Assembly (NCBI GenBank): GCA_963813585.1
Contig: CAWEZL010000001.1
Location: forward strand, 504,487-568,486
Origin: an uncultured Acidobacteriota bacterium
Lineage (GTDB): Bacteria > Acidobacteriota > Vicinamibacteria > Vicinamibacterales > Fen-181
Direction of reading: 5' to 3'
Length of the DNA stretch: 64,000 nucleotides
The translations under genes were made by a program, and so were the position numbers. Positions 1-7,924 of this stretch are shown here, one piece after another (positions within the stretch are counted from its first letter, which is position 1; every line of letters begins with the position of its first letter). The notes under the pieces are model-generated. The model was given only the letters and a program-made list of their open reading frames with translations, did no database searches and was not told where the DNA came from.

Positions 1-174
1 CTCGATCACCCCGTCCCGAAGGACGACGGTGCCCTGGTCGATGACGGGGCCGGCTGCCGTGACAATCCGCGCGCCGACGATCGCGTGGACGCGCGGGGCC
101 TCGGCCGACCCGGCCAGCGTGAGGGCGGCCGCGAAACCGGCCGCCAGGCTTGTCCGCAGGAAAGCGTGTCTCAT
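1..174 (-). CDS. amidohydrolase family protein, N-terminal fragment (gene continues past window start)
   Basis: Hand translation of the minus strand from ATG 174-172 gives MRHAFLRTSLAAGFAAALTLAGSAEAPRVHAIVGARIVTAAGPVIDQGTVVLRDGVIE. It has a signal-peptide-like start, then the same I-x-GA-x-I...GTVVxRDGxI opening as the neighbouring 889-aa amidohydrolase. Too short for the ORF track. Confidence 0.6.
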   Translation of the reverse strand, partial: MRHAFLRTSLAAGFAAALTLAGSAEAPRVHAIVGARIVTAAGPVIDQGTVVLRDGVIE

Positions 175-185
175 TGCAGGTCCCC

Positions 186-227
186 GAAATGGGGCCTGGC
201 CCCATTTCTCACGTCAGTCTCAATTAC
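186..227. repeat. REP-A element copy 1: palindrome GAAATGGGGCCTGGCCCCATTTC plus conserved tail TCACGTCAGTCTCAATTAC
   Basis: Perfect 11+1+11 palindrome read directly. Near-identical copies lie at 293-316, 55888-55930 and 55985-56027, all in the same orientation. This copy ends 11 nt upstream (minus sense) of the ATG at 174. Confidence 0.9.
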
Positions 228-292
228 GGCCTGCCCCTCGCCGAATCTCCAATGATTCCGGAGGCGCGGCCGGAGGCCGTGTGCGTCCGCCC

Positions 293-316
293 GAAAATGG
301 GGCCTGGCCCCATTTC
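293..316. repeat. REP-A element copy 2 (palindrome only, GAAAATGGGGCCTGGCCCCATTTC)
   Basis: Same palindrome as 186-208 with one extra A. It directly abuts the TAA stop (319-317, minus) of the 889-aa amidohydrolase. On the minus-strand RNA the stem is followed by AUUUUC, which is terminator-like. Confidence 0.9.
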
Positions 317-2986
317 TTACTGGCGCTGCATGTACCGCTCGTAGAGCAACAGGTGCTTGTTGTCGAGATCGACCTCGCGCCCGTTCACGATCACGTGCGT
401 GATCGTTGTGCGCGCCTCCAGCGGGTCGCCCGTCGCCACCAGCAGGTTGGCCACCTTGCCCGGGTCGAGGCTGCCCACCTCGCCCGACACGCCCAGAATC
501 TCGGCCGCGTCGATCGTCAGCGCCCTCAACGCCTGCTCGCGGGGCAGCCCCCACGCCACGGAGATCGCCGCGTGCCAGGGCAGCTGCCGCGCGTTCGCAT
601 TGTCGGCGGTGGCGAAGGCGAATCGCACGCCGGCGCGCGCCAGGCCGCCCGCGGCCTGGTAGCTGGCGGCGTGGAACTGGTCCTCCCGCGCCGGCAGCGT
701 CAGCACCGGCCCGAGGATCACGGGAATCCCCTTCTCCTTCAGGAGCGGCGCCGCCAGCACGGCCTCGGGGCCCGACGCGATCACGATACGGATGTTCGTG
801 CGCTCCGCGAACGCCACCGCCTCGCGGATGTCCTGCTCGCGCGGCGCGGTCGTGAACAGCGGGATCCGCCGCTGGACCACCGGGACGAGCGCCTCGAGCA
901 CCCAGTCGCGCTCGCGCCCCTCGACCGCCCCGGCATAGGCGCGAGCCCGGTCGAACAGCCGCGCCAGCGCGTCGAGCTTCGCGTCCCGCTCCTTGCGCAA
1001 CTCCTCGTAGCTGCGCTCGGGCCCGGGCGTCGCGCCGTAGGCCATTCGCCGCGCGCCGACGCCCGGGAACTGGAAGCTGACCCCGGCGATCGGCTTCAGC
1101 GTGCTCTCCTCCCAGGTCCACCCGTCGAGGTTCATCACCGGCACCTGCCCGCCGAGCAGCCCCCCCGACGGAAACACCGCCACCGTCGTCACGCCGTTGG
1201 CGCGCGCCACCGGGATGGCCTCGCTGTCGTTGTGATACGCGACCACCGTGCGCAGCTGCGGGTTGTAGTCGAGCATCTCGGCGGTGTCCTCGTACCCGCG
1301 CGCCCCGGGCTCGGCGAGCCCGAGCGTCGTGCGCGCGTTGATCCAGCCCGGGTACACCTCGCCTCCCGCCGCGTCGATCACCGTGGCCCCCGCCGGCACC
1401 GCGACCGACTCGCCCAGCGCCTCGATGCGGCCGTCTCGGACGACGATCGTGCCGCGCTCGATTGTGGGCCGCGACACCGGGACGATCTTCGCGTTGGTGA
1501 TCGCCAGCACTCCCCTGGCGAGATACCCGGGCGTCATCCGGGGCGCGAGGCGGGCGAGATCGGCCTCGTCCGGGGTAGAGGCCGGCGGCTTGACCAAGCC
1601 AACCCCCCCTGCCTCCTTCTCGATCGCAGCCGCCGCCGGCGCCCCGTCCTTCGGTCCCTTCCCCGCGCCGCCGTTGTCCTGCGCCTCGGCGGCGACCAGC
1701 GCCGCTTTCTCCTTCTCCAGCTCGGCGACGCGGGCGAGGTCGGCCTGGCGCTCGTAGCAGAGCGCGCCGTCCACGTAGGTGCGCTCGACGATGGCGTACG
1801 AGCTGAGCGGGTGGTGCGACCACAGCACCAGGTCGGCGTCCTTGCCCGCCTCGATCGATCCGACGCGCTTGTCCACCTTCAGTTGACGCGCCGGGTTGAT
1901 CGTCACCAGCGCCAGCGCCTGCTCCTCGGTCAGGCCGCCCCACTTCATCATCTTGGCGGCCTCGCTGTTCAGCCGCCGGGCGTGCTCGGCGCTGTCCGAG
2001 TTGATCGACACGACGACGCCGGCGCGCATCATCAGCGCCGCGTTGTACGGGATGGCGTCGATCGCCTCGATCTTGTAGCCCCACCAGTCGGCGAAGGTCC
2101 CGACCCCCGCGCCGTGCGCGGCCAGCTCGCGCGCCAGCTTGTACCCCTCGAGGCCGTGCTCGAAGGTCGCCACCTTGAAGCCGAACTCCTCGGCCAGGCG
2201 CAGCATCATCAGCATCTCGTCGGCGCGGTAGGCGTGCACGTGCGCCAGCCGGCGCCCCTCGAGCACCTCCACGAGCGGCTCGAGTTGCAGGTCGCGCCGC
2301 GGCGCGACGGCGTGATCGCCCGCCTTGCGGCTCCGCTCGTATTCCTGCCAGGCTCGCTGATAGACCCTGGCCCGGGTGAACGCGTCCCTGATGACGAACT
2401 CGACGCCGGGCCGGCTCGCCGGGTAACGCCGCGGGCCGGTCTGACCGAGCTGCCGCATGTCCTTCGGGTTCTCCCCGAGGGCGAACTTGAGGCCCGGCAG
2501 CGCGGCGTCGAACACCAGCTCCTCGGCCCGTGCCTTGCCCCACCGCAGCTTGATGACCGTGTTGGTCCCGCCGATCGGGTTCGCGCTCCCGTGGAAGACG
2601 CTGGCCACCGTCAGGCCGCCCGCCAGGTCGCGGTAGATGTCGACGTCGCCCGGGTCGAGCACGTCCATCACGTTGGTCATCGAGCTGACCGTCGTCCCCC
2701 CTTCGTTCGTGGAATCGGTGGCGATGTGCGAGTGCTCGTCGATGATGCCGGGGCTGAGGAAGCGGCCGGTCCCGTCCACCACCTCGGCGCCGGGCGGGAT
2801 GGGGACGTTCGAGCCGACCGCGGCGATCTTTCCGTCGCGGACGACCACCGTGCCGTTGGGGATCGTGCCCTTGGTCACCGTCAGGACCGTGGCGCCCCTG
2901 ATGACGATTGCCGGGCCCTGCGCGGCCGCGACGGCCGCCGCGAGAACCGACACGATCGCCGTTGCGCCGAGCGTGCTTCGAAACAT
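317..2986 (-). CDS. secreted tandem-domain amidohydrolase family protein
   Basis: 889-aa ORF with signal peptide MFRSTLGATAIVSVLAAAVAAAQG. The first half carries the metal-binding HxH motif (GIIDEHSHIATD). The second half restarts the fold (GTIVVRDGRIEALG...GGEVYPGWINARTT) but lacks HxH. Confidence 0.85.
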   Translation of the reverse strand: MFRSTLGATAIVSVLAAAVAAAQGPAIVIRGATVLTVTKGTIPNGTVVVRDGKIAAVGSNVPIPPGAEVVDGTGRFLSPGIIDEHSHIATDSTNEGGTTVSSMTNVMDVLDPGDVDIYRDLAGGLTVASVFHGSANPIGGTNTVIKLRWGKARAEELVFDAALPGLKFALGENPKDMRQLGQTGPRRYPASRPGVEFVIRDAFTRARVYQRAWQEYERSRKAGDHAVAPRRDLQLEPLVEVLEGRRLAHVHAYRADEMLMMLRLAEEFGFKVATFEHGLEGYKLARELAAHGAGVGTFADWWGYKIEAIDAIPYNAALMMRAGVVVSINSDSAEHARRLNSEAAKMMKWGGLTEEQALALVTINPARQLKVDKRVGSIEAGKDADLVLWSHHPLSSYAIVERTYVDGALCYERQADLARVAELEKEKAALVAAEAQDNGGAGKGPKDGAPAAAAIEKEAGGVGLVKPPASTPDEADLARLAPRMTPGYLARGVLAITNAKIVPVSRPTIERGTIVVRDGRIEALGESVAVPAGATVIDAAGGEVYPGWINARTTLGLAEPGARGYEDTAEMLDYNPQLRTVVAYHNDSEAIPVARANGVTTVAVFPSGGLLGGQVPVMNLDGWTWEESTLKPIAGVSFQFPGVGARRMAYGATPGPERSYEELRKERDAKLDALARLFDRARAYAGAVEGRERDWVLEALVPVVQRRIPLFTTAPREQDIREAVAFAERTNIRIVIASGPEAVLAAPLLKEKGIPVILGPVLTLPAREDQFHAASYQAAGGLARAGVRFAFATADNANARQLPWHAAISVAWGLPREQALRALTIDAAEILGVSGEVGSLDPGKVANLLVATGDPLEARTTITHVIVNGREVDLDNKHLLLYERYMQRQ

Positions 2987-3094
2987 GGCCTTGCCTTCCG
3001 GGGGGACCGTCCGGGACGATTTACGCGAGAGTATAGTGCAGGAGGGAATGCAGGGGCCGCGCGCGGCGCGGCCCCTCTGGATGCGGAAGGGACT

Positions 3095-3661
3095 CTAGAA
3101 GCGGAACGCGAGGCCGGCGGTTACCTGCCAGAAGTCGAAGCTGCCGAAGTCGAGGTCGAAGCCGTCCCCCTGATCATCATCGGAGACACTGCGGAAGTAG
3201 CGCACGTCGCCGCGCAGCCCGACGTTCGGGGTGAAGAACCCCATGACGCCGACGCCCGCGTTCACGCCGAAGTCGTTCCGCGAGATGTCGAACAGGTCGC
3301 CCGCCCCGCCGCCGATGCGCGAGCGCAGCACGCCGACACCGCCCGAGACGTACGGCCGCACCTGGCGCTCGTCGCCGATCGGCGCGCCGATGATCACGTT
3401 CCCCATCCAGCTCCACACGTTGTTGTCGCCGATGAGGTCCGAGTCGTTGAAGAACTGCGGCGTGTACAGGAACGTGGTCTCGAACCCGATCACGCCGGCA
3501 CCCATGTATCCGAGCGAGACGCCCACCGGAGGTTTCCGGCTTTCGTCGTTCGTGTCACCGCCGAAGTTCACGCCAACGAGCGGCGAGACGAACCAGTCGG
3601 CCCGCGCGGACGGCGCCACCAGCACCGTCGCGAGCAAGGCCATCAGCAGGATTCTCTTCAT
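3095..3661 (-). CDS. outer-membrane beta-barrel protein (small porin/OmpW-size family)
   Basis: 188 aa with signal peptide MKRILLMALLATVLVAPSARA, an alternating-strand pattern, and a C-terminal ...AGLAFRF ending in aromatic Phe as in OMPs. An SD-like AAAGGAG lies upstream. Confidence 0.75.
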   Translation of the reverse strand: MKRILLMALLATVLVAPSARADWFVSPLVGVNFGGDTNDESRKPPVGVSLGYMGAGVIGFETTFLYTPQFFNDSDLIGDNNVWSWMGNVIIGAPIGDERQVRPYVSGGVGVLRSRIGGGAGDLFDISRNDFGVNAGVGVMGFFTPNVGLRGDVRYFRSVSDDDQGDGFDLDFGSFDFWQVTAGLAFRF

Positions 3662-3763
3662 TCCTTCTCAACTCCTTTGCTGAGAGTCACATGCACCCAA
3701 CGGCAGCATGCTGCAATCGACGTGCCTCGAAAGGGTTGAGCTGGCGGGTGGGGCCCAGGCGGC

Positions 3764-5212
3764 TCAGCTGGCCAGTTGCTGGATGAGATCCCACGCGCGG
3801 CGCACGTGGCGCTCCTCGGTACGCAGGTTTCCGACCGCCAAGCGCAGCACGAAGCGGCCGTCGAGCTTGGTGTGCGAGAGGAAGACCTCCCCGGTCGCAT
3901 TGAGGCGATCGAGCAGGCCCTGGTTGAGGCGCTCGAGCCCGTCCTCACCGAGATCACGACCCCGTGGCCGGGCGCGGAAGCAAACGACGCTGAAGGGGAC
4001 CGGGGCCAGGCGCTCGAAGTCGGGGTGCCCGTCCACCCACGAGGCGAACAGCCGGGCGAGGCGCATGTGCTCGGAGAGGCGCGCGCGGATCCCCTGGGCT
4101 CCAAAATGTCGGAGGATCATCCACAGTTTCAGAGCGCGGAACCGGCGGCCGAGCTGGATGCCGGTGTCCATGAGGTTCCGCACGGTGCCCGCCTCGCTCG
4201 TCCGCAGGTACTCGGGCGTCAGCGCGAAGGCGCGCACGAGGACGTCCATGCGGCGCGTGTAGAACGCGCTGAGGTCGAACGGGGTGAAGAGCCACTTGTG
4301 CGGGTTCACCACCATCGAGTCGGCGCGATCGACGCCGCGCAGGATGTGCCGGTACTCGGGGACGATCGCCGCGACGCCCGCGTAGGCGCAGTCCACGTGC
4401 AGCCACGCCCCCTCCCGGGCGCAGACGTCTGCGATTGCCTCGACCGGGTCGACGCTCGTCGTCGACGTCGTCCCCACCGTGGCGACGACGGCCAGCGGCA
4501 CGAGGCCGGCCCGGCGGTCTTCGGCGATCGCCGCCTCGAGGAGGTCGGGTCGCATGCGGTACTCCGCGTCGGCCGGGATCTTCCGCAGGCCGTCGTGGCC
4601 GATGCCGATCAGGATCGCCGCCTTGTCGATCGACGAGTGCGCGTGCTCGGAGCAGTAGGCGCGGTAGCGGGGCAGCTCGGGGCGACCCGGCATCCCCTCC
4701 CGGCGCACCCCGGGCACCGCCGCCTCGCGTGCCGCGGCCAGCGCGTGCAGGCTCGAGACCGACGCGGTGTCGTAGATGACGCCCTGGAAGGACGCGGGCA
4801 GCCCCATCAGGTCGCGCAGCCACGCCATCACAACCTCTTCCAGCTCGGTGACCGACGGCGAGGTCCGCCACAGCATCCCCTGCGCGTTGAGCGCCGCCGA
4901 CAGCATCTCGCCGAGCACACCGGGGCCGCTCCCCGAGATGGCGAAGTAGGCGAAGAAGCCCGGGTGGTTCCAGTGGGTGATGCCCGGCACGATCACGCGC
5001 TCGAAGTCCTCCAGGATCGCGTCGAACGCCTCGCCCTGCTCGGGCGCCGCGGCCGGCAGCGCGCCCCGCACCTCGCCCGGCTTCACTCGGGACATCACCG
5101 GGTAGCGCCCCGGGTCCTCGAAGTACCGCGCGATCCAGTCGACGAGGCGGTACCCCTCGCGCCTGAAGCTCTCGGCATCCATGTCGCCGAAGGGCGTGTC
5201 GGACACAGGCAC
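3764..5212 (-). CDS. PLP-dependent group II decarboxylase (aromatic-L-amino-acid / tyrosine decarboxylase-like)
   Basis: 482 aa. Family hallmarks include HWNHPGFFAYF and the PLP-lysine region VVNPHKWLFTPFD. Confidence 0.9.
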   Translation of the reverse strand: MPVSDTPFGDMDAESFRREGYRLVDWIARYFEDPGRYPVMSRVKPGEVRGALPAAAPEQGEAFDAILEDFERVIVPGITHWNHPGFFAYFAISGSGPGVLGEMLSAALNAQGMLWRTSPSVTELEEVVMAWLRDLMGLPASFQGVIYDTASVSSLHALAAAREAAVPGVRREGMPGRPELPRYRAYCSEHAHSSIDKAAILIGIGHDGLRKIPADAEYRMRPDLLEAAIAEDRRAGLVPLAVVATVGTTSTTSVDPVEAIADVCAREGAWLHVDCAYAGVAAIVPEYRHILRGVDRADSMVVNPHKWLFTPFDLSAFYTRRMDVLVRAFALTPEYLRTSEAGTVRNLMDTGIQLGRRFRALKLWMILRHFGAQGIRARLSEHMRLARLFASWVDGHPDFERLAPVPFSVVCFRARPRGRDLGEDGLERLNQGLLDRLNATGEVFLSHTKLDGRFVLRLAVGNLRTEERHVRRAWDLIQQLAS

Positions 5213-5773
5213 CTACTGTTTCCCGTGCGCCTTCAGATATTCGAGCGTGAACTCGCGGACCGCGGGGCGCGCGCCCTCGCTGCGGCTCGGCACCTCGGCC
5301 ATCGCCTTCTCGACGCTCCAGCCGTCCAGCATCACCCGCTTGATCGCGAGCAGCATCGACGCGCGGCCGCCGCTCGCGCAGTTGACCAGCATCGGCTCGT
5401 TCGACTTGTCGCGGGCGATCTCGAGAAAACGCTCGACCGGCTCGGGCTTCGGATCAGACGACGAGAAGGGAACGTGGATGTAGCGGAGGCCGGCCTCGGT
5501 GGCGGCCTTCTGCATGGCCTCGAGGTTCGCGCCTTCCTCCTCGGCGGTGCGGAGGTTGACGATCGACGCGAAGCCGGCTTGCTTGAGCGCGGCGACGGCC
5601 TCGGGGGTCACCACCCCCGCGCAGGCGACGGTCGCATCGACCGGGGTGTAGTTGCGGATGCCGGGCAGCGCGGGCGCGGTCTGGGTCTCCTGCGCGCCGG
5701 CGGGAGCCGGGAGGAGCAGCGGAAGGACCAGCGGAAGGAACAGGACAAGGACAGTGGTGAGTCTCCTTCGCAT
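5213..5773 (-). CDS. DUF442/TIGR01244-like phosphatase-fold (sulfur-transferase-like) protein, secreted
   Basis: 186 aa with a signal peptide (…LLLPAPAGAQE) and a Cys-loop NCASGGRAS resembling the DUF442 CxxGxR loop. Its stop directly abuts the decarboxylase ATG at 5212. SD GGAGG precedes its own ATG. Confidence 0.65.
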   Translation of the reverse strand: MRRRLTTVLVLFLPLVLPLLLPAPAGAQETQTAPALPGIRNYTPVDATVACAGVVTPEAVAALKQAGFASIVNLRTAEEEGANLEAMQKAATEAGLRYIHVPFSSSDPKPEPVERFLEIARDKSNEPMLVNCASGGRASMLLAIKRVMLDGWSVEKAMAEVPSRSEGARPAVREFTLEYLKAHGKQ

Positions 5774-5782
5774 GCCTCCATT

Positions 5783-5844
5783 CTAGTCCCGACCCTGAAC
5801 TCCCCCCTCGTCTCTGGTCCCGACCCTGAAGTCCCCCTTCGTCC
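5783..5844. repeat. 31-nt tandem duplication (2 copies) at the 3' end of the glycine-zipper ORF
   Basis: The two units are ctagtcccgaccctgaactcccccctcgtct and ctggtcccgaccctgaagtcccccttcgtcc, read directly. The minus strand is rich in G tracts. The repeat encodes the last ~20 codons and the TAG. Confidence 0.85.
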
Positions 5845-6481
5845 GAACGCTCAACACCGTCCCAGGCCGCAACTCGACAACGTCCTCACGCCCGGGTCCG
5901 GTGGCCGCTGCCCCCGCCGCGCCGAGCACCCCGCCGATGGCCGCGCCCTTGCCGCCCCCGAGGATCGCGCCGACGGCAGCCCCCCCGGCCGCTCCGCCCC
6001 CCAGCCGGGCGAGGCTCGGAACCCGGCTGCCGGCGTCGCGCACCACCGGCTCGGTTTCAATCTCCACCCGCTCGCCACTTGGCAGCTCGAGCGTGTCGAA
6101 CCGGATCTCGAGGCGCGCCGTCTCCTTGCCCTTCGGCCCCTTCTCCACGAGCCTGGCCGTCCCGAGGACCCTCGCACCGGTGGGCACCGCCACCTGGCCG
6201 CCGACCATGACGTCGCGCGTCACGCTGGCGACCACCCGCTCGTCCCCCGCCTCGGGGCGCGTGGTGACGAGCGTTTCGAGCTGGAGGCCGAGGACCGAGT
6301 CGGCCGGCACCTTGAGTTCCCCAGGGGCGGCGGGGACCGGCGGCGGCGGCGGCGCGAGGCGCTGTTGGCGGGCCCCAGGCTCGATGCGCGCGCTCGCCGG
6401 GAGGAACGGGCCGACCACCCCCACCCCCGCGACCAGGAGGCCCACGGCGAGGAATGCGGGAGCGAAGGGTGTGAAGGTCAT
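5783..6481 (-). CDS. hypothetical membrane-anchored protein with C-terminal glycine-zipper
   Basis: I prefer the internal ATG at 6481 (MTFTPFAPAFLAVGLLVAGVGVVG, a TM/signal anchor). The C-terminal region GGGAAGGAAVGAILGGGKGAAIGGVLGAAG is glycine-zipper-like. The tail is repeat-derived, and no family was recognised. Confidence 0.5.
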   Translation of the reverse strand: MTFTPFAPAFLAVGLLVAGVGVVGPFLPASARIEPGARQQRLAPPPPPVPAAPGELKVPADSVLGLQLETLVTTRPEAGDERVVASVTRDVMVGGQVAVPTGARVLGTARLVEKGPKGKETARLEIRFDTLELPSGERVEIETEPVVRDAGSRVPSLARLGGGAAGGAAVGAILGGGKGAAIGGVLGAAGAAATGPGREDVVELRPGTVLSVRTKGDFRVGTRDEGGVQGRD

Positions 6482-6661
6482 GGCTATCGGCCGCAGCGGC
6501 AGGTCGGCACCCGCCCTGCGCGGACGCAAGAGGCGTACCCCCATGAACAGGCCTGATTTGGGTAGTCTTTAGCCCCCACCACGGCGCATTGTCGCCTCTG
6601 GTTGTCGCCTGGCGAGGTCACGACCCGTGATCCCGGGGACGCAGCCGGCGGGAAGATGCCG

Positions 6662-6667
6662 CATAAT
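6662..6667 (+). promoter_or_regulatory. -10-like hexamer CATAAT 9 nt upstream of the ATG at 6677 (near-leaderless arrangement)
   Basis: This AT hexamer stands out in GC-rich DNA. There is no SD between it and the ATG. Confidence 0.3.
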
Positions 6668-6676
6668 GGGCGGCCG

Positions 6677-7414
6677 ATGAAGCTGGTAGACCATTTCACC
6701 CGGTCGGGCGACGTCCTCTTTCGCTGGCGCGGCTACCTGCCGCTGCTGATGCTGCCGCTGTTCGTGCTCGGCCTGGTCGATGCCCGGCTGCCGCAGCCCG
6801 TGCCGGCCTCCGTCCGCCTCCTCCAGGTGCTCGCCGCGGTGGTGGCCCTGGCGGGCCTGGCCATCCGGGTCGTGGCGATCGGCACCGCCGCCGAGGGGAC
6901 CTCCGAGCGGAGCACCGTCAACCCGCGGGCCTCCCGCCTGCGCACGACCGGCCTGTACTCGCTCGTGCGCCACCCGCTCTACTCCGGCAACACCCTCACC
7001 GCGATCGGCCTTGCCGCCTTCACCACCCGCTGGTACCTCCCGGTCATCGTCCTGCTGCTCGGCCTGCTGTACCACGAGCGGATAGCGGCCCGCGAGGAGG
7101 CGTTCCTCGAGGAGCGGTTCGGCGACGAGTTTCGCGCGTGGGCCGGCCAAGTGCCGGCGATGATCCCGGCCGCCGCAACCTACCGCCGCCCGGACGTCCC
7201 CTTCGGCTGGCGCCGCCCGCTCGGCTCCGAGTTCCACGGGCTGATGACCATCGCCTCAGTGGTCTTCGTCCTCGACCTGTTCCGCGCCTGGCTCGCCACC
7301 GGGCGCCTGGTCGCTGATCCGCTGTGGACGGGGTTCTTCGCCGCTTCGGCCGCCATCTTCCTCACCTGCGCGACGCTGAAGAAGACGACGGGGGTGTTCA
7401 GGACGAAAGGTTAG
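6677..7414 (+). CDS. isoprenylcysteine carboxyl / phospholipid methyltransferase family membrane protein
   Basis: Start moved to MKLVDHF. The protein is polytopic and carries the conserved ICMT/PEMT region LRTTGLYSLVRHPLYSGN...ERIAAREEAFLEERFG. Confidence 0.75.
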   Translation: MKLVDHFTRSGDVLFRWRGYLPLLMLPLFVLGLVDARLPQPVPASVRLLQVLAAVVALAGLAIRVVAIGTAAEGTSERSTVNPRASRLRTTGLYSLVRHPLYSGNTLTAIGLAAFTTRWYLPVIVLLLGLLYHERIAAREEAFLEERFGDEFRAWAGQVPAMIPAAATYRRPDVPFGWRRPLGSEFHGLMTIASVVFVLDLFRAWLATGRLVADPLWTGFFAASAAIFLTCATLKKTTGVFRTKG

Positions 7415-7439
7415 CGGCCCGAGGGCGCCACGAGCGGCC

Positions 7440-7715
7440 CTACTCCAGCTTGTCCGCTTCGGCGGCGCCGGCGAAGTCCTTCCCGGTGACGCCCCCCTCG
7501 CTGTGGGTCGAGTACGAGAGCGTCACGCGGCGGTAATTGATGGTGACGTCGGGATGGTGGTCCGCGGCCTCGCAGCCCGGCACCAGGCGGTTCACGAAGG
7601 CCACGGCCTCGGGGAACCCGGCGAAGGTGAACTGGCGGACGATGGCGTGGCCCTCGACCCGCCAACCGGCGAGTTGCGGCAGCCTGCGCTCGATTTCGTC
7701 ACTCGACAGCAGCAT
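7440..7715 (-). CDS. phhB: 4a-hydroxytetrahydrobiopterin (pterin-4a-carbinolamine) dehydratase
   Basis: 91 aa. The GW...F.F..F..A..F.N.V...AE...HHPD...Y..V pattern is present (AGWRVEG...FTFAGFPEAVAFVNRLVPGCEAADHHPDVTINYRRVTL). SD GGGAGG lies upstream. Confidence 0.9.
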   Translation of the reverse strand: MLLSSDEIERRLPQLAGWRVEGHAIVRQFTFAGFPEAVAFVNRLVPGCEAADHHPDVTINYRRVTLSYSTHSEGGVTGKDFAGAAEADKLE

Positions 7716-7868
7716 GTTCGAGCCTCCCAGATGATCCTCCCGATCGTGCCATGGGTCTCGTGGTAGCCGGCGAAGCTGGTGACGTTCTCACCACGAAATG
7801 GGCAGATCGAAGGAACCGGGCATGCCGTCCCGGGGGTGCAACAGGGCTGCCAGCCCTCGCGGCATCTG

Positions 7869-7877
7869 TGCTATAAC
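7869..7877 (+). promoter_or_regulatory. extended -10-like TGcTATAAC upstream of the M14 peptidase gene
   Basis: Read directly, about 48 nt upstream of the ATG at 7925. A weak SD (TGAGGT) follows. Confidence 0.3.
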
Positions 7878-7924
7878 GCGGTGCCCGCCGGCACGGAGGC
7901 CGGCGCTACTGAGGTAACCAGCCA

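Noticed and set aside
150-344. Small ORFs 150-344(+) and 55883-56503(+), which share the peptide (E/K)MGPGP(I/F)SHVSLNY twice each. They could be mistaken for a conserved small protein family.
   Set aside because: The shared peptide is simply the translation of the REP-A palindrome plus its tail. The ORFs overlap real minus-strand genes and have no start context.
3700-3711. The 12-bp perfect palindrome GCAGCATGCTGC upstream of the OMP gene, as a possible operator.
   Set aside because: It is short and unique in the window, and I could not place convincing -35/-10 elements around it. There is too little evidence to call a regulatory site.
29-6556. Long plus-strand ORFs 29-3739 (1236 aa) and 3776-6556 (926 aa).
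   Set aside because: Both run antisense to the amidohydrolase, OMP, decarboxylase, DUF442 and glycine-zipper genes, and both have Arg/Gly/Pro-rich junk translations. The same reasoning rejects 16787-19090(+), 14303-16567(-), 36460-38841(-), 41438-44566(-), 41449-43602(+), 60779-63505(-), 59 other overlapping shadow ORFs, and the N-terminal extensions of several real genes (for example 48999-49556 upstream of pilY1, and 51054-51971 upstream of pilW).
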